NCBI GenBank assembly: GCA_963575745.1
Contig: CAUYUJ010000114.1
Span: 1-64,000, forward strand
Length of the DNA stretch: 64,000 nt
Direction of reading: 5' to 3'
DNA from: Prorocentrum cordatum
Taxonomy: Eukaryota
Shown here: piece by piece, positions 39,200-53,795 of the stretch
Numbering within the stretch: the first letter of the stretch is position 1
How the letters are laid out: each line of letters opens with the position of its first letter
Program-made: the position numbers and the translations under genes
Notes under the pieces: generated by a model
Seen by the model: the letters and a program-made list of their open reading frames with translations, nothing else
Database searches by the model: none
What the model was told of the DNA's origin: nothing

Positions 39200-40540
39200 G
39201 TGGGCGTGCTCGCATGGCGTCCCCGCGCCCTTTTCGGCATACCCCTCATAAAATTAGTGGTCCACATGGAGCTCCACCTATGCCCTCAATTGCTGTGCTC
39301 GCTTGGCGCCCCCAGGCCCCACACCCCTAACACGTTTCGTGCCCCGCAGGGGCTTCCACCTATGGCCCCCATGGGCGTGCTCGAATGGCGTCACCGCGCC
39401 CATTTTGGCACACCCCTAACGAACTTCGTGGCCACATACGCGGCTCCAACTCTGGCCAAGCGGGCGTGCTCGCATGGTGTCCCCGAGCCCATGTCGGCAC
39501 ACCCCTCACACATTTCGTGGCCCACAGGGAGCTCCATTTATGGCCCCAGTGGGCGTGCTCGCATTAGCGTCCCCGCGCCCAAGTCAGCACACCCCTCACA
39601 CGTTTCGTGCTCGTCAGGGAGCTCCATCTATGCCGTCAGTGGGTGTGCTCGCATGGCGTCCCCGTTCCCATGCCGGCACACTCCTTACAAATTTCGTGGT
39701 CCACAGGAAGCTTCACGTATGGCCCCAGTGGGTGTGCTCGCATGGCGTCCCAGAGTCTATGCCGGCACGCCCATCACGCGTGTCGTGCTCGGCTCTAACG
39801 ATGGACTCAGTGGGCGTGTTCGCATGGCGTCCCCGAGCCCATGTCGGCACACCCCTCACACGCTTCGTGCTCGGCAAGGAGCTTCATCTATGCCCTGAGT
39901 GGGTGCTCGCGTGGCGTCCCCGCGCCCAGGTCGGCTCAGCCCTCACAATTTCGTGCTCCGCAAGGAGCTCTATCTATGCCGTCAGTGGGTGTGCTCGCAT
40001 GGCGTCCCCGTTCCCATGCCGGCACACTCCTCACAAATTTCGTGCTCGAAAGGGAGCTCCCCTCAATGTGCGTGCTTGCATTAGCGTCCCAGCGCCCATG
40101 TCGGCACACCCCTCACAAGCTTCGTACTCGGCTCTACGTATAGCCTCTGCGGGCGTGTACGCATGGCGTCCCCGAGCCCATGTCGGCGCACCACTCACAA
40201 AGTGCCGTGCTCGGCTCCATCTATGGCCTCATTCGGCGTGCTCGCATGGCGAGCCTGCGCCCACGACGGCACACCCTTCACACGTCGTGCACGCGGCAAG
40301 GAGCTCCATCTATGCCCTCAGCGGGTGTGCTCGCATGGCGTCCCCGCGCCCATGTCGGTTCAGCCTTCTCACATACGTTTCCTGGCCCACAGGGCGCTCC
40401 ACTTATGGTCCAAGTGGGCGTGCTCGCACAGCGTCCAAGCGCCCACTTCGGGCACACCCCTCACGCGTGTCGTGCTCGGCTCCACCTATGGCCCAAGCGG
40501 GCGTGCTGGCTTGCCGTCCCCGAGCCCATACCGGCGCAAC
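39200..40540 (-). repeat. ~89-bp satellite (family C), right part, about 15 copies
   Basis: Direct inspection. Confidence 0.92.
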
Positions 40541-41652
40541 ACTTTAAGTTTATCGTTGCACTTCATTTAGGTAGGGTTGGGCTCTTCGCTTGGCCAATTT
40601 TACCAGATTCGCCACCTTCGCCTTCACAGCGTTCAAGACGGGCCAAGAAGCCCTCAAGATCGCGCCCTGACCGCGCGTGAGGCCCCGAAGAGTAACCCCC
40701 CACACGGCCAAGGAAGCTCTCGAGAAGGCTCCAAGACGGCCCGAGAAGGCCCCCAGTTGGCCAAGGAGGCGCCCAAGACGGCCTCAAAGACGCTCCCAAA
40801 ACGGCATCCGAAGGCGCCAGACGGGTCCAGAGCACCCGACGACGGCCCCAGACGCCCTGACGAGGATTCGAGGGGCTCCCAAGAAGCTCCCGAAAGGCCC
40901 CCAGGAGGCCCCCAAGGGGTCGGCGGCGTGGCGAAGCCATAGAATCCGACATCGGCCGCTGTTGAGCAGGCGACTGTTTGTCTCAAATGGGCAGCATTGC
41001 TGTCGCTCGTCGTCCCCATTCCTTCTGCACCAAATTCGACCGTCCCGACTTCCCCTCTGGCTAAACCTCGACCTCCGTCGTCTCGCCATGACCATCACCT
41101 CAAATGTCTGCACTCTCGCGGTGTTGCGGTTCTGCTTGTTCTGCACTGGTCTACGTACGCCGCCCACGCCTCTTTAATGCGGGACCCCAGCTAGCACGCG
41201 ACACGCGAGAGCCAGCAGCATCCGGCTCTTTCGGCCGGGAACGTTTGCTCAGCGTGTCGTGGCGAGGCCCTGGCGACACGCTATGCCCTGCGATCAGATA
41301 TCGCGTCGCTCAGATCTGCGGTGCGGCAAACATGGAAAGATTCGGGACGCGGGCGCTCTGGGACCAGAGCGTGGACAGCGTGTCGCGCCGAAGTGTAGTG
41401 GGCCAGAAGTGGAGGAGCGACACGCTAACCAAAGTTCGCGACAGCAGAATAAAACCCGCCATCAACAAACGCCCAGAGGCAGCCATGAGTTCGCGCGCGA
41501 CTTGAAGCGGCAGGAGGAGATCCTCAATAGTGATCCCCCCCACCAGACCCCCCACACCCCACCCCACCCTCGCAGACACGCGCACATAAGAAAACTGAAG
41601 GTCGCGGCGCGTTCATGTCAGCATGCCGCATGCCGATGTTCGCGTGTGGCTG

Positions 41653-42180
41653 AATCCGCCGACCCTGTGGGCGTGTGCGAGGGGCTTGGCTGTTCGAGTC
41701 GTCGTCTCCGTCGGTCGTCGCCTCCGTCGTCCTCTTTCCCTGCAGCTTCCTTCTCCAGCTCGTGAGCGAGAGAAAAATCTAGCAGTGTCGTAATCGAGTC
41801 GAAGGGAAGCCCCTTCCCTTTGATCCCTTCCCAAGGGGGGGGGGTCCCGGGGGGGGTCCCGGGGGGGGTGGGGTGGGGTGGGGTGGGGGGGGGGCAGATT
41901 CGTTTTTCCTCGGGCGGCCTAGAAACTTCGAAAACACTCCAAATGAGGTCCGAATGCCCAAGATGGCCCCCGAGACGGCCCAAGAGGGCCCCGAGTCGCC
42001 CAAAGATCGGCCGAAAACGCCCAAGATAGCCCCAAGACCGTCCAAGAAGCCTCCAAGACGTCCCAGGCCCCCTCCAAGAGACCCCCAGGAAGCCCCAAGA
42101 GGCCCCCACGAGGCTTCCAAGCGGCCCCTAAGAGCTTCCCAAGAGGCCCACAAACTACCCCCAAGAGGCCCACAAGAGCG

Positions 42181-42223
<43 letters not shown>

Positions 42224-42261
42224 TTCAGGGTCGGCGGCGCCGGCCGTAAGGCCTTCGCAAT
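41653..42261 (+). mobile_element. subTIR+hairpin element, copy C
   Basis: CCGCCGACCCTG at 41656-41667 is inverted at 42226-42237; hairpin GGCC-GTAA-GGCC at 42242-42253; ends in AAT. Confidence 0.7.
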
Positions 42262-42879
42262 AAATCATCAATCGTATACGCATGCTGTGGCATTAAAACT
42301 TATCCTCGTGCTGCAAGACGACAACGTTGGCGGAATGTTGCGACTACGCCATATCATGGTGGTTTCTGCCACGCCGTATTATTTTACTGTGCTGCTCTCA
42401 ATCGTGAAGGCTCTTTTTACCGTATCCGCACTTCTGCTCTTATCACGAAACCATACGTCCCCTCCCTCGTCCTGGCATTCCTGCTTCTCCGCTTCCTTAA
42501 GCCTGGCGCGCGCCATCATTATTGACGCCTCCTTCCTCCTGATCGCCTCCCCCCCGCGCTCCCGTTACTCATTTTGGAAAAGGAGGCGCTTCAACAAAAA
42601 ACGATCGCACGTTTAGATGCATCGGTAGGGCGGCCCAAACGTTCCGTCAGAGGTTCCCTCACTTCTGGCGGCCCTGACGCTCGAAACTAAAAATTCGCGC
42701 GCGGTTGGCATGCCAATCAGTTCCGGAATATGGGCCTTCGGTTGCGCGCCGCACGCATTCGCCCCAGAAGTTGCCGACAGCTACACGGATGGAGCTGCGA
42801 GTTGCGCGATTGTCGCCCTTTTCGTGTCGCGAGCTTCGCACATGCCGCCATTTTCGGGCGTTCCTGGGAAGCGCGGCGG

Positions 42880-43200
42880 AATGGTGCACCACGCGCTATG
42901 TCGGGGGATGGAACGGCCTCGGTGCCAAACACCACCAGTCCAAAACACCCCTGGCTCGCACGTCAAGGCGGCCAGGTTCCCATCAGTTTTTCAAGCTTGC
43001 ACACAATCGCCCCTCGCGACACCAACGACGTCGGGCGACCCCCGCTCATTCCTGTCGATCGAACACAAATGCCGCGGCGCGCCCGAACGCGAGGCAGCAG
43101 CCAAGGCAGGGGGAAGGGGGGCGGGAAGGGAGAAGAGGGAAAAGACCCAGACGGACCCGCGACCCTCCAAAACCCCGACGGGGACGCCTCCCAAAACAAA
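42880..43200 (+). repeat. Dispersed repeat with a second diverged copy at about 52520-52880
   Basis: cctcgcgac...gggcgacccccgc...ttcct.tcgatcg...gcggcgcgcccga.cgcga.gcagcagc is shared. Confidence 0.8.
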
Positions 43201-46200
43201 CAAACGCCAAAAACAAACGGCAAAAAACACACCCCGCTAAAACAACCAAAACGGGAGCCCCCAGGTGAAGTTCCCCCCAGGACACCGCCTAAAGAAAAAG
43301 AGGAGCGGAAACACACACAGGACACAAAACCGAAAACCGGCGCGATCTGGAGAAGGGCCGAACGCGGCGGGCGCCCCGCCCGAGGGCGGGGCGGCCAGGC
43401 CGGAGGGCGAGCTTGGAAGTTCAGCTGCAGCAGCTACCGAGGTGGTCAGCGATAAACAACCTATAGCCGGCAAGGATGCAGGCCTACGGCGGGAGTTGAT
43501 CCCGGCGAAAAGAAACCACATCAATGAGTGCACGAAGAGGAAGAACTGGAAAAGCTTGCACTCAAAAAAAACGACGCTCATGGCTCACGAGCAAAGGCGC
43601 ACAGAAAAGCAATTCGCGGCGAACCCAGCCGGAAAAGGAAGAACGACAATTTACGCGAAAGAATGGGACGACAGAGAGGCCGAACAGAAAACATGTGACA
43701 CCGACAAAAGAAAGCCAAGAACGAAAGCAAGGAGCTCGAGATGCGCAGAACAAGCCACGCAACATGCGGTTTCCCCTATGCAAAATGATGTCATTCGGCC
43801 TCCACGCACTGTTTTGCGGGAGGCCCTGGGACAAGGAATGCCTGCCTCCAGGTGCAATCCCGACGCTGGGCCAAGGACCCCGCGGACGGCGCATCTTCGG
43901 GAGCGGGCGCGGGAGTGCCTGGCGCACGCCGCTGGGGCCTCGATCATCGGCCGCGCGCCAACGCAAGCCACGTGCCCGCCGAGTCCACGACCCCTAAAAC
44001 GCACCGTGAAGGGCCGCGAACAGCACGGCAAATATAGCGCCAAGTGCTGCGCTGATGAAATTCACCACAAATCGCACAATCCAGAGACACAGTCGGCCCA
44101 GACGCCAACCCCGAAAGAACCCGGCAGCGCCGCGAAGACACCGGGCGTCGCCGCGGGCGCGGCGCGGCACGAATATCGCGGCGCGCCGCAGAAGACTGAC
44201 TGCCACGGCGCCCGGCTTCCCTGCCGCAGTTACATCAGCGCCAGGTTCCCCCGTCGCCGCGGAGACACGTCTCCGCGGCGACGGTCTGCGCGGCGACGGG
44301 GGAACGTCTGCTGACGTCGGCGAGCGCGCGGCGCTAGGTTGCCCCAGCGCAATGGACAGATACCTCGGCGAGCGCATGGCGCTCAGCTGTCCCGGCGAGA
44401 TGGAGAGAGACCCCGGCGGACGCCCGGCGCCAGATTTCACCGACGCGAGCGATCTGGCGGAGCGCTTAGCACCAGGTTTCCCCTATCGCAAGAGCACGCG
44501 CGCCCGAGGCCCCCTCCCGCGCCTCGCGCCCCCCTGCCCCCCCCTTGAAGGAGGGCGGCGCGGGAGGGCCAACGGCGACCTCGAAGGCGGTAACTTTGGC
44601 CGCCGGTGCGCACGCGTCGCCGCGGGCCCACTCGGGCGCCCTCGCCCAGAGTCGCTGAAGCCGACCTCTCGCGGCCGCGAGCCAGCTTCCGCGGCGGCGC
44701 CCTCCCTCTGTAGTACGCGGCAAACTTGCTCGAGCTCCACGGGGGGGCGCCTCCCCGCGCGCCCTGTCCCGGGCTGGCAGGGCGCCGTTCTCCCCGTTTG
44801 AGAACTGGCGCGGACCGTTCGGCGCGTCGCCGCCAGGGCAAGAGCAACTTCTCGGGGCCGAGCGCCCCGGGGAGCCACCCATATTTGAAAGCTTTCGCGG
44901 GCTTGTCTCCGCCGACGCCTACGCGCGCGAAGGCGCCAATCCCCCCGCGCTCGCCGCCCCCGCCCCGGCGGCGCCGGCGAATCGGCCCGCGCCTTCCTTC
45001 GCGCCGCGGTTTGGAGCGCTTGCCTGTCAAGGCCAGTCCCCCACGCCGCGCGCGAGCTTCTGACCTGCCAGTCAGCCCTGGACGCTCCTCTGTCGCACGC
45101 GCTGGGCGATGCCGCGGGCAGCCCCGCGACGCGCGCGCGCCTCTGGGCCCGGTCGCCGAGCGCCCCTCGGTTTGCCGACGCGGCTGAGCGGCCCCCGCCC
45201 GCCGACCCCATGCCCCCGTTCGCAGGCGTTGCCTCCGAAGGAGTTTGGCGCTCGCGTTCCAGCGCCATTTGCAGCTCACGATTGGGTCGCCTCTTTCAAT
45301 CTCGCGATGCGCCCAGATGCCGCGCTCGCGGTCGCGGCGCTGTTCCGACTGCGCTTTGAATAGGGGCCCCCCGGCGGGGGGCGCAGGCGGGGCATCCCCT
45401 AGAGGGCGCAGCCCCAATCCTCAATCAACGCGCTGGGACTGCCACCCCCCATGTCGACAATGCTGTGGCGGGCGAAGTCAGGGGCGCAGCCGCCTGCCTC
45501 TACCAGCCTGCACCAGCGCACGATGGAAAGAACGACTCGTCGCCCCTCAACGAGCCGGCCGCGGGCATCTGCTTCCCCCCTCCGCGCGCTGCCTCTCTTG
45601 ATGGGGCCCTAATTTCTGATGGTGTTGCTACGTGCTGGGGCTTTTTGTTTACATCGAGTGTATCAAACTCGCCACTGCGCGCAAGGGGCCACGCGTCGCT
45701 GCGGCACTCGCAATCGCACGGGGCCAAGCGAATCGCTGATCTGGTCGACTTGTGGCAGAGCTCGTCGCCCCGTGCACTTTCTGCTTCCACTGTCGGAAGC
45801 ACGGCGCAGTAAGCGGGCTTCGATATTCAACGCGTTCAGCATCTCTGTGCTTCGTTTTGTTTAGCAGTGCCCGAACTGCTAATTTTGCTGCACTCTGCCG
45901 CCCGCGATTGGGCGATCCACCGCCTGCGCCGCGAGGCTCACCCCCCATTGCCAGGGGTCGGCGCACCTTCGCGCGGCTCGCCCTGGATAGTTGATCGAGC
46001 CTGCAGGGCCATCATCGGCGCGGCGCGCTCGCGCTGGCCAAGATTATCAAATCCGGGCGCGGCGGAACCGCCATGGCGCTGCTGACTGTTTTGGGCACCC
46101 CTTGACTTTGCCGCGTTCGATGTCCGACAGGTCCGACGCCGTGCGCGGGCGAGCCGCGCGCTCGGCGCCAGGGCCCCGCTACGCGAGCTTGCGCATGGGG

Positions 46201-47719
46201 CGCGATGGGGGCCTTGCAACGGCGGCATCGGGGACCTGGTCCCAGCGCCTGTGCACTCCGCAAGTTCGCGCGGCAAGTTCGCGCGGCTGCGGCGACGTGG
46301 GCGCTCGCCGCGGCACCCTCATTCATTGGGCCCGCGTGCCTCGTAACTGGCGATCCGTCTGGCAGAGATCGCAGAGGAACGTCGCCCCGACAAAGTTCGG
46401 GAATCGCCCACTCTTTTGTTGATCGCAACGGTCAACTGACCCAACTTGCAAAATTCAGCGCCCGCCTCGCCTCGAGACCAATGCAGACCCGCGGCGTTGA
46501 TCATGTTGCGACACTGGAGATGGAGACTGGATCGGCAGCAACGCGTGAACATGCTCCGAGTATTTCGCACGTGTCCCTCGCCTGTCTCTACGCGCATAGA
46601 TCACGCTTCGCGCGCGTAGATCACGCAATCGGTCGCGAAGGCTTGACCATCCGTGTTATTTCTCTGCGTTTGGAAGCCGGCGCGGTTCATCACCATGCCA
46701 TTCAAAGCGGCTAAGATTTTGCGTGTTTAACATGTTCCAGTTCACTGTTTCGGCGAGCTGTCGCGCTCGCAGGTCTCCGATTTGTTTCACGACATCTTAC
46801 GGCATGTCATCGTGATGCTTATGGGTGAACTCATTGCTCTCCTGCTCGCCCCTTCTCACCATTGAGTGGTTGGCCAGGCGGTGTCTCTGCCGCTGCTCCT
46901 CATCATGGTCCGCGGCACTCTTGGTCACAAAGACTTCGACAGCTGCGCGAGCTTCACCTTCGAAAAGTTGTATGTCTGCACGTGGTTGGCCGGCACCTTG
47001 GGCCACTGCCCGAGCTCGTTCTGCAACGGCCCGCGCTTGCTGATCGCCGCATTCACAGTTGGATCTCGCGCGTTCTACAAATGCGCCGCTGCGGGCCTGG
47101 ATAATGATCCCCCCCTGCTCTTCAAGGGCAATTTGTTGTTGCCTGACCTGCTCCTGCGGTGCGATAGGTCACTTGGCAGCGCAGGCGCGTCTACTCGACG
47201 CCCACTTGGATGGCCCACGCTAATTCGACGCTCATTGGTGTTATTTGCGCCGACCCGACGCCCGCGAGTCTGGCTCGACGCTCATTAATCCCACCAGCCC
47301 TTTGGGCGTGAGTGGTTTAGGGAGCCTGCTCTGTTCTCAACCCCCTTCTTCCCCTTCGGGGAGGGGTTTACCCCTCCCCCTCCCCCCTCCCCCTGGGCCT
47401 GGAGAGGTCCTTTCGCGGGTCGTTGGAGGGGTCTGTTTCGACTCCTGGGAGGGCTAAAATTCGACACCCCTCGCGAGGATCGTGGCCCCGACGGGAAAAT
47501 GCTCGCCCCATCTGCGATCGATCGCCCGAAAGATGGCCCCATGATGCCTCCCAGACCCCTCCCAAAGAGCCCCAAGAGGGCCCTAAGAGCGCCCCGGGAG
47601 AGCCCGCAAAGGGCTCCGAGACCTCCAACATATCGCCCAGAAGGCCCTGGTATATCCCCAAGATGTCTCCACAAATCGCCAAGAAGGCCCTCGTATATCC
47701 CCAAGCGCTGCGAAAACGA

Positions 47720-48985
<1,266 letters not shown>

Positions 48986-49109
48986 GTCGACGTCGTCGCG
49001 TCGTCGTCGTCGTCCGCGTCGGCGTCGTCGTCGTCGTCGACCAGGCCAGAATGCAGAGTACTGTTATAGCGCTCTCGACCTCCAGGCCTTTGCCTGTTTC
49101 GGAACTCAC

Positions 49110-49560
49110 CTCTGCGGTGGCGCACGGTAGCAACAAGTGGCCAAACTTCACGCCTGGCATCCACTCCAACAAGTCCACATTACGGTTCACCTTGTCGTAC
49201 ATCTCCTGCACGTCCCATCGCTGGGCTGCCGCTCCATGTCCCGACTCCCGGAGCGACCTGGTCGACTAACGCGCGAATCGTGACAGAGTCCACCCCGCAA
49301 TGGACTCCGCAGTCGTAGAATGCGCGCTCCAACGCGGTGTCACGAGCGACAGCCGAGTCAGAAGCTCCAGTGCTCGCGAAATCAAAGCACTGCTGCGCGT
49401 CGCTGCGCACGTCAAGGCCGACCTCTTGCAAACGTAAAAGATTGCACTCTCGGCGCATCCGCACCATTCATACCACGGCAGGTCCTCAGGGATGGCCACG
49501 CTTCCTGTCGGAGCAGACGGGGTGGGCTGAGCTACACTCACTGCCCTCGCGGTGCAATCC
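49110..49560 (-). pseudogene. Degenerate non-LTR (LINE-like) reverse transcriptase fragment
   Basis: Across frames: ...VAI..., VRMRR..., FDFASTGAS..., AAAQRWDVQEMYDKV..LLEW..KF, resembling RT subdomains 2-3 (D...yD.v). Confidence 0.45.
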
Positions 49561-50619
49561 TCGCCATCACCTTCCAGGCCACGCGGAGCGAAGTGCAGCG
49601 CGCCGACCGCACCGTCAAAGCGGAAGGTGGTGCGAGAACGCCGACGACCGACATTCTCCACGCTCGCTCCAAGAAGCCCCCCTGGCTAGCGAGATTACCA
49701 GAGCGTACGGGCCCGGAAACGATTGCTGGTAGGCGGAGCTAAGCTCACAGCCACACTGCAATACTGCGAGCCAGAATGGCAACAACGACGACAACGCTGG
49801 AGGAAAATAGAGACTTGGGCCTCTCCTGAGAGCCTTGGTGACATCGTGGCGCTTCCTGGGGGCCTCTTGAGCTGTAGTGTCGTCGTCTGATGGTGTGTAC
49901 TTGTGAGAAGTGGTGTCTAGTGTGGTGCGGTGCGGCGTGGTGCGGCGCGGTGTGGCATTCGTGCGGGGTGGTGTACTGCGGCGCAGTGCGGTGTGGATCC
50001 TGAAATCTCTCCTTTGCTGCTTCCTCCAATCTCGCCTTTGCTGGCTCTTGGTTCCTTTCTTGGTTCTGGGTTCTTGATGTGGTGAAGCCCGCTGGCGGTC
50101 TCTAGATATCACTGCACAACTGGTCGAACAGGTTGCTGGATGGGCAGAGCTAAGCTCACTGCCACTCTCCGAACTATGCCTTCAGAGAGAAGTGCCCAGA
50201 AACGCCTTATTGGTTGACCAGTCCTCGTCGCCGTCGTCGTCGTCGTCGTCCTCATCGCTCGTCATCGTCGTCGTCGTCGCGGATGGGTTACCACACCTTG
50301 CCATTACGAGTGGCGCAGAGATCACGCGTATGGTTCGCAGACCTTGCGATGAGGGAGTCCTGCGCATCCGTGCCGAGCCACGCTCGCTGCACAACTGGTC
50401 GGGGGAGACCGCTGGACTCGACGACGACCGCCCTCTGTCTTGCCTCCCAACTCCTTCACTCCCTCCTCCTCCTCCGACTCGTCCTCCCCCCGCTCCCCCA
50501 CAAGGAGGATGTACAAGGAGGCAGAAGGAAATAGGAACAGAGGATATATGCGAAGGCAGGCAGACACACGCCTGCACCAAACGACTGTCGGCATGCGTCG
50601 CTGGGGTTGCTGTTCGGAG

Positions 50620-51030
<411 letters not shown>

Positions 51031-51031
<1 letters not shown>

Positions 51032-51643
51032 GAGGGGGCCGAACGACTCGCACCAGGACGAGGTGCCCGAACGCCTCACACCACGAGGAGCCCGAACGAC
51101 TCACACCAGGACGAGGGGCCCGAACGACTCACACCACGAAGAGCCCGAACGACTCACACCAGGAGGAGGGGCCCGAACGACTCACACCAGGACGAGGCGC
51201 CCGAACGACTCACACCACGAGGAGCCCGAACGACTCACACCAGGACGAGGGGCCCGAACGACTCACACCACGAGAGCCCGAACGACTCACACCAGGAGGA
51301 GGGGCCCGAACGACTCACACCAGGACGAGGGGCCCGAACAACTCACACCACGAGAAGCCCGAACGACTCACACCAGGACGAAGAGCCAGAACGACTCACA
51401 CCACGAAGAGCCCGAACGACTCACACCAGGAAGAAAGGCCCGAACGACTCAGACCAGGACGAGAGGCCCGAACGACTCGAACCACCAGGAGCCCGAACAA
51501 CTCACACCAGGACGAGGGGCCCGAACGACTGCCACCACGAGGAGCCCGAACGACTCACACCAGGAAGAGGGGCCCGAAGGACTCACACAAGGACGATGGG
51601 GCCGAACGACTCACACCACGAGGGGCCCCAACGACTCCCACCA
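51031..51643 (+). repeat. GCCCGAACGACTCACACCA 25/28-bp minisatellite, about 22 units
   Basis: Same unit and same variant order as 20687-21090. Confidence 0.95.
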
Positions 51644-51698
<55 letters not shown>

Positions 51699-51720
51699 TC
51701 GTCGTCGTCGTCGTCGACGT

Positions 51721-51752
<32 letters not shown>

Positions 51753-53795
51753 TGGTCGTCGTCGTCGTCGCGGTCGATATCGTCGTCGTCGTCGGGTGCG
51801 TCGTCGTTGTTAGGCTCATCGCTGTGGTCGTCGTCTCCGCTAAATCCCTCTTGCCTCCCACCGCTTTCTCTCCCTCCTCCTCCTCCGCCTCGTCCTTCTC
51901 CCGCTCCCACCACAAGGAGGATGTACAAGGAGGCGGGAGGAAAGAGGAACAGGGGAGATATGCGGGGGCAGGCGGAAACACGCCTGAAAAACACGACTGT
52001 CGGCATGCTTCGCAAGAGTTGCTGTTTTGAGATGGGCTGGTGGGGATACGCGAAGCGTGAAGAATACAAGATGGGCCGACTCGACGCTCAATGGCATGTA
52101 GTAGTCCACAAGGCGGTCGCGAGGTTTGCCTCTGTTGTGCGTTCTGGCTTATCCTAGCTGACATGGCAAATCTGCATAGCTCTGGCGCGCGACCACGGCG
52201 CCCCCGGCACGGCGTCTGCGGCGCCGGGCTGCCTAAGCGCAACGCCAGTAGCGTCAGATTTCCCAAACGCAACGCCCGTGGCGTCAGGTTGCCCAGGCGC
52301 TATAGCCCCTCCATGCGAAGTGCCCGAAGGCCCCGGCGCATTGACGATATGCGCTTTGCGAGTGGCACTTGCACACGCAGGGGCGGCGACAGCTGGCCGC
52401 TCGCGCGCCATCGCGCGACCGTCAACGGCCCCTTCAGCCCCAAACGATCATTGCGTCGAAATTCGCAACGAGCGAAGCCGAGGTGTTCATGCCACCGCGA
52501 AAGCGGGCCTTTTTCGGCTGATAGCCTACACTATGGGATGGGACGGCTTCTGGGCCATAAGCCCCAGGTCAAAACCTTATCGGTCTTGGGCCCTGGCCGC
52601 CTGCGAAGGCGGCCAGGCCCCCGTCGCCGTTTCGAAAACTCGCCCTGCGGTGACTCGCGGGGACACTCCGAGGAGAGAAATCAAAAACAAGGAAAACTGT
52701 TGCATCCGCTCCTCGCGACGCCGACGACGACGGGCGACCCCCGCCGATTCCTATCGATCGGGCACAACTGCTGCGGCGCGCCCGAGCGCGAAGCAGCAGC
52801 AACGGCAAGGGGAGAAGACAAAGAAAGGGAGGCGAGGGGAAGACCCAAACGGCCCCGCAACCTCCCGAATCCAGGGGGTACCGTCAAAAACAAACATGCG
52901 CCATCAGTAAAAACAATACAAAAGCACGCACACCTGGACCGAAACTGCGCTGATCAATGACGCGGGCGCAACGCGCGCTCCAGATTAGAATCGCCGGGTA
53001 CGTCTCTTGGCGATCGATTTCTTCAATGTTAGCAGGGCCATTTCCTCGTCCCGGGTCGCCCTTCGGCGGCCCCAACCCAGCGAAGGACGCCGAAGGCCGA
53101 AGACGGTGCAAAACCTGCATGTGTGTTTTTGCTGGTGCGTTGGAGGTCTGAGTGCCCCTCCTAATCCTCCGTCCCTGAGGAGGCAAGCGTTGAAGAAATC
53201 TTCGCACAAGCGATTCTGAGCATACTATTGAACCCGATTGGGGGGCCATGCATTCCGAGAAAACTCACGAATGAAATGGCTTATACTGGAAAGCAAACAC
53301 GCCAAGCACATGAACAACTGATTTCCGTCGCCCCCCCCCTCACCCCCCCTCCTTCCCCCCCCCTTCCCCTCCCCTCAAGCGCGCCTGTTTATGCTGCGTC
53401 CAACGTTTCACCATCGCCGCCAGCGTTACCCGTCATGGCAAGCCTGTTGTATAATTTCGCCGCCCCCGCGAGTGGGGCGCGATGCTCCCGGGCGTCCGAT
53501 TAGATTTTTGCCGCTGTAACTGGGCGGCCACGACGCCAGGCCATGCCGGAGCAAGCCCGGGAGCAATCCCGATTAATGCGGAGCCGAAGGAGAGAGAGAG
53601 AGCGCCGCGCCCCCCCTGGCTCCGCGGCGGGATATGGCGGCGAGGGCGTCAGCCCTAGGGATGCGGCCCTCGTCTTTCCTGGGCCCCCGCGCCAGAAGCC
53701 ACGATCTCTCGAGTCGACTCGAACCAAAGCGCGCAACAAGCTAGCGAGAGTACGAGGCGGGCAATGCAAAATAGCAAATAGATCGCACACTCAAA

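Noticed and set aside
42290..42560. Hydrophobic plus-strand peptide (YFTVLLSIVKALFTVSALLLL) as a membrane-protein exon
   Set aside because: No codon bias, no family motif and no supported splice partners.
46797..47006. RADIQLFEGEARAAVEVFVT resembling a PD-(D/E)xK nuclease motif
   Set aside because: An overlapping frame has far stronger third-position G/C bias, so this motif is probably an off-frame coincidence.
50182..50220. Minus-strand TNKAFLG as the first-helix exon of the transporter
   Set aside because: Too short, directly abuts a (GAC)n tract, and has no convincing phase-compatible partner.
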